The notes beneath the pieces are model-generated. The model had not been told where the DNA came from, did not search any database, and saw only the letters and a list, made by a program, of their open reading frames with translations. A DNA stretch of 26,166 nt. Source: Leidyana gryllorum EB-2025a. Its lineage: Eukaryota > Protista > Apicomplexa. This document shows, one piece after another, positions 1 through 6,922 of the stretch. The stretch is from contig JBLWGC010000096.1 in the NCBI GenBank assembly GCA_048772705.1, forward strand, positions 1 through 26,166, written 5' to 3'. Every line of letters starts with the position of its first letter. Position 1 is the first letter of the stretch. Both the position numbers and the translations under genes were made by a program.

Positions 1-93
1 CCAAACCTGCACAAACCTCCCAACACCTCCCAACACCTCCCAACACCTCCCAACACCTCCCACACCTCCCTCCCTCCCTCCCTCCCTCCCTAA
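1..93. repeat. C-rich simple repeat: (CAACACCTCC)x4 with degenerate flanking copies, then (TCCC)n ending in CCCTAA
   Basis: Exact 10-mers at 21-60, TCCC run at ~67-90, CCCTAA at 88-93. Abuts the truncated 5' LTR of element A. Confidence 0.85.
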
Positions 94-95
94 TC

Positions 96-269
96 GTTTG
101 GTCGGAACCAATGCACCAACGTGTCTGTGTCTCCGTCTCGGGCCGGCCGGCACGCGGGAGACACAGACAGGAAGATAGATCACGTGAACTTACCTTTTTG
201 TGTGTTGCCCGTTGTTGCGCAATGGACGCCAAGTGGTCGCCGCCGTAGCTAATCCACCGCCGGGTTACA
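96..269 (+). repeat. Element A 5' LTR (partial, with a 42-bp internal deletion)
   Basis: Matches 4815-5030 except for a 42-bp gap after ~211 and one substitution (GTGGTC vs GTGATC). Ends GTTACA. Confidence 0.95.
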
Positions 270-1330
270 TTGGTAGCAGTGCGTCGTTTGAACAGGCCGC
301 GACCGGCCAGGACCCCAACGAAGCACCTCTGGACGACGGACCCACCACGGAAGGGACCTACAACCGTGCTGCGGAAGTCCAGATGGTCATGAACGCCGCT
401 CAAGATCTTTTACGACAGATGGAAGTACTCGCCGAGGCACACCAGACCGGAATCCAGACCAACATCCCCACCAAGAGTGGAAAGGAAACCGCAGCGGTCA
501 CCGACGAGGCCCCGACAGCCCCAAGCCGTCTAGCCCAGGCCGCCCTGAAGAAACAATCAGACTTCACAGGCGAAGATAGCACCTCGGCCCGAGCCTGGCT
601 CGAGGCTTGTGAGGCCAAGTTCGCGGCCTTTGGAATAACAGATCACACAGACCGCATACGCTGCCTGGGGATAATCCTCGGGGGAAGTGCCGCCGAATGG
701 TTCGCGGATACGATTGAGGAAGGACTGCAAGGCACCTGGCAAACTTACCGGAAGCGGTTCCTCGCAGAATTTGAAACGCGAAGCGCAGCGGAGGATGACC
801 TGACCACTTGGGCCGATCTCCGTCGCACTGGGACGATGAGCCAGTATATTACTCAAAGCCGCACGCTCAAAAGACGGTGCGGAAAGGACGTTACCGAACG
901 AGGCGCCACCGCATTCTTTTTCAGAGGACTCCGATCCGAGGACCGCGTGGCTTTGGCTGCGCATGCGGGCAAACCCTTCGACGACTTGTGCCGGGCGGCG
1001 ATGCTATACGCCACGATCACGGACCAACAGATGCTGCAGCAACCGATCGGCTGCAGAGTCAACGCCATCACCAACAACAGCCGAATGGAGCATTCAAGAC
1101 CCCGCACTGTAGGCAAACGTTGTCCCTTCTCGCACGATCAGTGCACGAGCGAAGGACGATGCTACAATTGTGGCGAAGTGGGGCACCGCAACGCCCAATG
1201 CCCCTTACCGAGAGATCCTCGAAACCGAATGCAGCGACCCCGCACGTTCGCCAGCCAAGCCATGGAGGACCCGGATTTTCTGGATCGCCTGAACACCGAG
1301 GAGCCGGTATGTCAGGCAGCGATGCAATAG
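200..1330 (+). CDS. gag: Element A Gag (capsid-like region plus CCHC knuckle); the likely native ATG is lost in the 5' LTR deletion
   Basis: FTG..ARAWL..GSAAEWF capsid-like motifs and CYNCGEVGHRNAQC knuckle. The 3' LTR copy shows in-frame ATGs at 4946 and 4970. Confidence 0.92.
   Translation: MCCPLLRNGRQVVAAVANPPPGYIGSSASFEQAATGQDPNEAPLDDGPTTEGTYNRAAEVQMVMNAAQDLLRQMEVLAEAHQTGIQTNIPTKSGKETAAVTDEAPTAPSRLAQAALKKQSDFTGEDSTSARAWLEACEAKFAAFGITDHTDRIRCLGIILGGSAAEWFADTIEEGLQGTWQTYRKRFLAEFETRSAAEDDLTTWADLRRTGTMSQYITQSRTLKRRCGKDVTERGATAFFFRGLRSEDRVALAAHAGKPFDDLCRAAMLYATITDQQMLQQPIGCRVNAITNNSRMEHSRPRTVGKRCPFSHDQCTSEGRCYNCGEVGHRNAQCPLPRDPRNRMQRPRTFASQAMEDPDFLDRLNTEEPVCQAAMQ
271..282 (+). promoter_or_regulatory. 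Primer binding site TGGTAGCAGTGC (initiator tRNA-Met type)
   Basis: One nt after the LTR end. The identical 12-mer follows the 5' LTRs of B, C and E. Confidence 0.9.
1273..1323 (+). promoter_or_regulatory. Putative -1 ribosomal frameshift signal (G_GAT_TTT plus stem-loop)
   Basis: GGATTTT at 1273-1279 in gag register. GCCTGA..ACCG (1287-1298) pairs with CGGT..TCAGGC (1305-1317). pol is in the -1 frame. Confidence 0.85.
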
Positions 1331-4300
1331 GGCCGGAACCCACTCTGACGGTTCGCTGGACCCTCCGCAATCCCCGCTCCAACGAAGAAGAACTCGCAAC
1401 GGTATTGCTGGACACCGGCAGCAACACAAACTGTGTGGATGCCCGAATGGTACGCCGCTTGCGCCTACCCACAAAACCTTGCGCTGAACGAATTAGTACG
1501 CTTGCGACGACCGATACGCCATGCCGAGAAGAAACCGAACTTACGTTGAAAACCCGAGAACGCCAACAGCTGCCGATCCGCTGCCTCGTTGTTCCGAACC
1601 TACCATACGATTTAATAGTCTCCACATCGACCATCCTTGGACTCCGATTGCTACTAGGACGGAACGCCCAAGGCCACTTGACCGTCATGGAAGGACGAGA
1701 CCTACCGACACAAAAGATAGACCCCCTGTGGCTACGACAGGACAAACACCAAGGACCCACCTGTTGTCAGGTTCTGAGTACCTCGACTGACGCACTGGAC
1801 CTCCCGGATAGCGAAAGATGGATCCATACCGAGTTCCCTTCCGTCTTTCTCCACGACTTACCTATGCCGCCTCACCGAGAAGGGGTGGACCACGCCATCC
1901 AACCCCAAGATCCAACGGCCCTACCCTTCGTGCGGGCCCCATACAAGGTTCCTCAGCGATTCCTGGACGAGATGAGGAAACAAATCGCCGACCTGCGTCG
2001 ACAAGGAAAAATTAGACCAAGCTTCTCGACGTGGGCCTCCCCGTGCCTATTTGTACCCAAGAAGGACACGAGCGTCCCACGCCTCGTGTGCGACTACCGA
2101 AGATTGAACCAAGCAACGGTTCGGGTAGCGTCTCCGATGCCCTCGTTAGAGGAAGCACTTCAAGTACTGGCCGGCGCCACCATATTCTCCACACTTGACC
2201 TAAAAAGCGGATACCATCAAATACGGATGGCTCCGGAGAGCTGTGCCCTTACCGCGTTTTCCACACCATGGGGCCTCTTTGAGTGGACAGTCATGCCCAA
2301 CGGGCTGATGAACGCTTTGGCTACCTTCATGCTTCTAATGAGAATGGTGTTCCATGACCTGATAGGTATCTGCGTCTTCGTTTACCTTGACGACGTCCTG
2401 GTATTCTCGAAGTCCCGCGAAGAGCACCGTTCACACCTGCGACAAGTACTACAACGGCTGAAAGACTACGGATTGATAGCTCACCGGAGAAAGTCACACT
2501 TCTTCCGCACCGAAGTCGATTATATCGGCCATCGAATTTCGGTACAGGGCATAATGCCGCTCACGGACAGAGTAGCGGCCCTGCGGGCAATCCAACCACC
2601 GACGACACTCAAAGAGGCCCAAAGTTTTTTGGGATCCTTCAATTACTACAGGCGTTTTATACCCCACTTCTCCGATATAGCTAAACCTATTTACGATGGC
2701 ACCCATCAACTCAAGTCCCCCAACGCTCCACTGCCAAATAATCCGGCGATCTGGACCGCGGTAAGGAATCTAAAGGAGTCACTCTCCAATGCCACACATC
2801 TTTCCTTCCCACACCCACAATGCAAGGAGCTGTGGGTGACCACAGACGCAAGCGCACACGCATTGGGAGCGGTGCTGGAACAAGGAGAAGAAGGAGGGCG
2901 GGCTCCAATCGAATTCTTTTCAAGAACACTGACGGATGTGGAGAGAAGATATGCTACACACGAGAGGGAACTGCTCAGCATCGTCACCGCATGCAAGCAC
3001 TGGAGACATCTACTGCTCGGGAGAAAGGTTGTCATCCATACGGACCACAAGCCCCTTACGCACTTGCTCAATCAGGCCCACCTGACGGACCGACAACTGA
3101 GATGGATCATCGTCCTGTCTGAATTCGACTTAGAGATCCGCTACATACCCGGAGCAAACAACCTCATAGCGGACCTACTCAGCCGCCCACCCCTCCGCAA
3201 GAACAACGAGAGGATGGAGGCACCGGCACAACAAATAGAGGAAGAGATTGCGACGGTGCATGCTAGTCAAGCCGGGCCGGTGAACCTGGAAGAACGACTA
3301 AGACAAGCCTGGGCCGACCGACGGACATCCCTTGAAGACGCAGAAGAGATCGAGTGGATAGAAGGGCTACCGGTGGAGAAGGACGGCGTTATCCGAGTAC
3401 CACCAGACCCGGAGCTTATACGCCTTATCATCTCATACAACCATGATACCAAATTCGCTGGCCACTTGGGCCCGGACAAGACAGCTGCACGAATACGATC
3501 CCTCTTCAACTGGCGAGGCCTCCAAGCCGATACCGCACAATACTGTCACCAATGCGACGTTTGCCAGCGCGCGAAGAAACGAAACCACCATCCGGCGGGA
3601 TTACTCAACCCCATCAAGAGCCCAATGTTCCCCTGGGAGGATGTGGGTCTCGACTTCCTGGAATTGCCAGAAGACCCGGACACAAGACAAGATTACGTTA
3701 TGGTGGTGGTTGACCGCCTTACCCGGAGAATAAGACTCATCCCATGCATCAAGAATATTACCGCAGCTGAAACAGCCACGCTGTTTATCGAGAATATCGT
3801 TAAAATACATGGGATTCCCCGGCGTATCCTGAGTGACAGAGACCCACGCTTTACATCAACAATATGGAAGGAAATGATGACTCAGCTCGGCGCACAGGTA
3901 AACTTGACCACGGCTTACCACCCGCAGACGAACGGGCTCGTGGAGAGAGCCAACCGTTCGATTCTACAAATGCTCAGATGTACCTTGGAAGGGATCGGCC
4001 ACCGCTGGAGTCACCTCCTTGCTGCAATAGAAATTGCGTACAGCACAGCGAAACAAAGCTCCACAAGATGCTCTCCCTTCGAAATGGATACGGGCCGGAC
4101 GAGCCTACCATTCCGAATCTACGCCCAAAAGCTCCAAGAAGCTTCCGACCGCCTAGCACAGGTCCGCGAAGCACAAAAGCAACAAGCAGACAAACGCAGG
4201 ATGGAAGTCAAATTCGAACCAGGCGACCAAGTATTATTGTCCACTCGCCACCTCCACCACGTCCCGCCGAGCAAGCTGAACTTACCATACTATGGCCCCT

Positions 4301-4488
4301 TGACGGTGATTACGGCCCACGAAGGTGACACTTACACCCTACGCTGTCCAGAAAGTTGGCACATCCATCCCAAGTTCCATGTCTCCAGATTGGAGAAGTA
4401 CCACCAGCCAACGCACCACCGCGCCCCTACACCTGAGGAAAGGGAGACGCGGGCACCCCAGAACGCTAGCCACCGACTCTATACATGA
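1273..4488 (+). CDS. pol: Element A Pol: aspartic protease, RT, RNase H, integrase
   Basis: LLDTGS, LDLKSGYHQ, YLDD, TDAS/TDHKPL, HHCC zinc finger, DDE core and GPY/F module. In frame with ORF 808..4488. Confidence 0.96.
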   Translation, partial: GFSGSPEHRGAGMSGSDAIGPEPTLTVRWTLRNPRSNEEELATVLLDTGSNTNCVDARMVRRLRLPTKPCAERISTLATTDTPCREETELTLKTRERQQLPIRCLVVPNLPYDLIVSTSTILGLRLLLGRNAQGHLTVMEGRDLPTQKIDPLWLRQDKHQGPTCCQVLSTSTDALDLPDSERWIHTEFPSVFLHDLPMPPHREGVDHAIQPQDPTALPFVRAPYKVPQRFLDEMRKQIADLRRQGKIRPSFSTWASPCLFVPKKDTSVPRLVCDYRRLNQATVRVASPMPSLEEALQVLAGATIFSTLDLKSGYHQIRMAPESCALTAFSTPWGLFEWTVMPNGLMNALATFMLLMRMVFHDLIGICVFVYLDDVLVFSKSREEHRSHLRQVLQRLKDYGLIAHRRKSHFFRTEVDYIGHRISVQGIMPLTDRVAALRAIQPPTTLKEAQSFLGSFNYYRRFIPHFSDIAKPIYDGTHQLKSPNAPLPNNPAIWTAVRNLKESLSNATHLSFPHPQCKELWVTTDASAHALGAVLEQGEEGGRAPIEFFSRTLTDVERRYATHERELLSIVTACKHWRHLLLGRKVVIHTDHKPLTHLLNQAHLTDRQLRWIIVLSEFDLEIRYIPGANNLIADLLSRPPLRKNNERMEAPAQQIEEEIATVHASQAGPVNLEERLRQAWADRRTSLEDAEEIEWIEGLPVEKDGVIRVPPDPELIRLIISYNHDTKFAGHLGPDKTAARIRSLFNWRGLQADTAQYCHQCDVCQRAKKRNHHPAGLLNPIKSPMFPWEDVGLDFLELPEDPDTRQDYVMVVVDRLTRRIRLIPCIKNITAAETATLFIENIVKIHGIPRRILSDRDPRFTSTIWKEMMTQLGAQVNLTTAYHPQTNGLVERANRSILQMLRCTLEGIGHRWSHLLAAIEIAYSTAKQSSTRCSPFEMDTGRTSLPFRIYAQKLQEASDRLAQVREAQKQQADKRRMEVKFEPGDQVLLSTRHLHHVPPSKLNLPYYGPLTVITAHEGDTYTLRCPESWHIHPKFHVSRLEKYHQPTHHRAPTPEERETRAPQNASHRLYT

Positions 4489-4810
4489 TGGAGAAGATTA
4501 CAGGAGAACGAGTAACCACAACCGGCCAACTGGAGTACAAAGTGAAGTGGTTGGGATTCTCGGACTCGGCATCTACGTGGGAACCAGCGCAACATGTGCT
4601 CGAAGGAGAAGGCGCGGACCTCATTGCCCAATTCCGCAGAGACTGGAACCAGAGACATCCCGAGGCGCCGTACAACGAAGTGGATGGGGATGTAACACAC
4701 GGTTACCGAACCCCCCTCTGGAGCCCTTGTTGGACCGGCCTACACTACTCCGTCCGGACGAAGGGAGGGCCCTCGGAGGAAGGCTACTACGCCAAAGGCG
4801 GATAGATTGA
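4485..4810 (+). pseudogene. Element A chromodomain and LTR-encoded integrase tail, separated from pol by two small frameshifts
   Basis: YKVKWLGF..STWEP in ORF 4485..4805. The tail GCN..LLDRPTLL..GGRLLRQRRID is in the frame of ORF 4325..4810. Both parts are contiguous with pol in D and F. Confidence 0.88.
4677..4690 (+). promoter_or_regulatory. Element A polypurine tract (appears ~4 nt short)
   Basis: GAAGTGGATGGGGA directly before TGTAAC. Compare F: GAAGTGGCGGGGGAGGGG. Confidence 0.7.
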
Positions 4811-5030
4811 CGGTGTTTGGTCGGAACCAATGCACCAACGTGTCTGTGTCTCCGTCTCGGGCCGGCCGGCACGCGGGAGACACAGACAGGAAGATAGATC
4901 ACGTGAACTTACCTTTTTGTGTGTTGCCCGCTATCCGATAGACCAATGGACTCCTCGAGCGATGCTCCGATGTTGTTGCGCAATGGACGCCAAGTGATCG
5001 CCGCCGTAGCTAATCCACCGCCGGGTTACA
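4691..5030 (+). repeat. Element A 3' LTR, 340 bp
   Basis: TGTAAC...GTTACA termini, preceded by the PPT. Confidence 0.95.
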
Positions 5031-5766
5031 TTCTGTATGTGGAACATCTCCACCTCCATCGCTTGCTTCAGCTCTTCAATCTTCCTCTTGTGTCGATCCT
5101 TGAGCCTCTTAGCCTGCTGAACTGCGGGTTCACCCCAAATGGGCACGCCATGTGTGGCAATGGGTGCGTCAAGGGCTTGAGAGCGAGCCCGAGCGGAGCT
5201 CCCTTGAAGGGGGATGGGTTCCATGTATGCTTGGTGACCCGGTGGGTGGGAGAGAGGTGTTCGAAGAGGAACAGTGTGATTGTGGATGATATCCTCAACC
5301 AACCGTTCGTCTTTGAGTAGGGATGAGGGGGGAGAAGCTGCCGCAGGGGGAAGAAGGGGGGGGAGTTGGGAGGCGCCGGTGGTAGCCGTCGAGACGGTGG
5401 GTGGTCTCTGTCCAAGCCCGAGCGGCTGGGAGAGCGGAGGGCTTGCTGTCGAGGCGGCTTCGGTGAGGTAGGACCGCGTCGGAGCCCTCACAACCATTGT
5501 GGTTGTCGCTTCCACGGGGCTTCGGGCTCGGAGGGCTTTGGAGGGGGACTTACCTGTGTCAGAGAAGGGGGTGAACTTTCAGCGGGCTGGGTAGAGGGGG
5601 TAGCAGGGCTGTTGGGGGGCGACTCGGGAGGCGTGGCCTCGATGGTCTCTTCTTCGAGCTCAGTGTTGCTCGAGGCTTCCATGTTGAGCGTCGTTGGTAC
5701 GCTGGGAAGGGCCAGAGCCTCACCTTGAGCTTCAGTGGGTGCGTCACAAAGGGCTTTCTGTGCCAT
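5031..5766 (-). pseudogene. Repeat U ORF2: Pro/Ser/Thr-rich protein with a distal charged helix, interrupted by element A
   Basis: ATG at 5766 (MAQKALC) after an AT-rich leader. ORFs 5488..5913 and 4931..5515 join if one base is restored in the G4 run at 5516-5519. Confidence 0.55.
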
Positions 5767-5832
5767 GGTCAATCTTAAGCGATACAAAAAACTGGTGGCA
5801 ACTTTGTAATTACAAAAAAATTTGTAACGAGA

Positions 5833-5912
5833 TAAGGGTGACGACATTGGTAGAGTCGCGAAAATTTGCGTAAAAATTTCGATGAGACTTGAACGGGTTA
5901 AGGATGACGACA
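5833..5912. promoter_or_regulatory. Direct-repeat motif TAAGG(G/A)TGACGACA x2 upstream of ORF2
   Basis: Copies at 5833-5846 and 5899-5912, with a third at 10981-10994. Confidence 0.55.
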
Positions 5913-6068
5913 AGAAAAAACACGCAAAATATTTGCACTGGCAGCGGCAACTGTATGAGGCATTGAAGGTACATAAGGTAAGAGACTCACCTATTACATG
6001 TCTTGTTCTCGTACGTGATCACTTCGTGTATCTTATGCTACAACGCTGCCGTCTTACCATCTTTTGTT

Positions 6069-6761
6069 TTAGATGATGTTGCCCATCTCAACTTGGAACC
6101 CTTTCCCGCAAATCTGACACTTCATGTATCCCCGATGTACATGAGGAGGGGTAGGGGGAGCTAGTGGAGGGGTAGGGGCTGCCAGCCTTGGCAATGGCTT
6201 CAGGTCCACCGTCGAGGCCAGTGAGTCTCTGCGAGTGCTCAATAACTCTGTTTGCTCATCTTGAACAACCGTTGAGAGACACCCAATGACCTCAGTGGAC
6301 GAGACCGAAGCTGAGGGAGACTGAGAATCACTCAGTGGCATGCTAACTGGGGGGCCACTGCATGCTGGCTGGGGGAGGGAGCGAATGGGGGAGGGGTTAG
6401 CTGGCTGGGGAAAAAACCGAACAACCGGGGGTTCAGGCTCCATTGGCTGGAGCTCTACTCGCAATTGGGGTCGCGGGGCATCCCAGTTCCTCGCAAAGTG
6501 CCGAAGCTCTTCCTCGGCTATGTGAGATATGTGGGGATGAGGTGTGGGAACTGACTTGGTGTGGGAACGTGCCAGACCAGTCTGAGTGGCACGAGGTCTT
6601 GTCTTGGGAACATCTGGGGGGAAGAAAGCGAGCGCGAGCGAGAAGAGGGCTTTTTGGATCTGAGAACAAAAATAACAGTCCATGTAAGCGGTTCCCCCGC
6701 CAGTGGTGTCGGTAAGTGGTTGCCGGTGGGGGCGTTTGCTACTACGTAATTCCAGTGGCAT
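6069..6761 (-). CDS. Chimeric ORF: LTR-encoded Gag N-terminus of B fused in frame to the 3' part of repeat U ORF1 (Pro-rich, CxxC motifs)
   Basis: ATG at 6761 in the B 3' LTR. Reads MPLELRSSKR...TAY, then MDCYFCSQ...CQICGKGF to the stop at 6069. Confidence 0.55.
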   Translation of the reverse strand: MPLELRSSKRPHRQPLTDTTGGGTAYMDCYFCSQIQKALFSLALAFFPPDVPKTRPRATQTGLARSHTKSVPTPHPHISHIAEEELRHFARNWDAPRPQLRVELQPMEPEPPVVRFFPQPANPSPIRSLPQPACSGPPVSMPLSDSQSPSASVSSTEVIGCLSTVVQDEQTELLSTRRDSLASTVDLKPLPRLAAPTPPLAPPTPPHVHRGYMKCQICGKGFQVEMGNII

Positions 6762-6922
6762 CTGCAAGCGGTTCCAGACTTAATAAAAACGTGTTTGTAA
6801 GGTGCGCGTCTCCGTGTGTGCCGGTTTGCCGGTCATCGGAGACGTGATCTATTATACTGGACCAGCTCTGGCTGGCCAGGGACTAAGCAAAACAGGGCTA
6901 TGTAGTGTGACTGGGGTCTACA
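6683..6922 (-). repeat. Element B 3' LTR, 240 bp
   Basis: TGTAG...CTTACA on the minus strand. One mismatch seen vs 9256-9495. PPT GAAGGGGGAGGAG at 6923-6935. Confidence 0.96.

Larger units (their letters stand above)
96..5030 (+). mobile_element. Element A: Ty3/Gypsy chromovirus LTR retrotransposon, 5' LTR truncated
   Basis: LTR-PBS-gag(CCHC)-PR-RT-RH-IN-chromodomain-PPT-LTR order. 96-269 matches 4815-5030. Confidence 0.97.

Noticed and set aside
11-69. CRISPR-like array
   Set aside because: Tandem 10-mers with no spacers, in a eukaryotic retroelement context.
808-1272. N-terminal 155 codons of the 1226-aa ORF as a real Pol start
   Set aside because: It overlaps gag in the -1 frame upstream of the slippery site and has no counterpart in D, E or F.
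1322-1335. Stop-codon readthrough at the conserved CAR-TAG-GG gag end
   Set aside because: pol is in the -1 frame, not the same frame. The conservation is explained by the Pol residues A-I/V-G.
4440-4490. Programmed frameshift making the chromodomain optional (A, and E at ~16795 and ~17050)
   Set aside because: Positions differ between elements, the E indels sit in short A runs, and B, D and F are contiguous. Mutation or sequencing error is more likely.
5897-5918. FLAG-tag-like KDDDK coding sequence
   Set aside because: Only a partial match. It is the natural repeated motif also found at 5833 and 10981, and there is no vector context.
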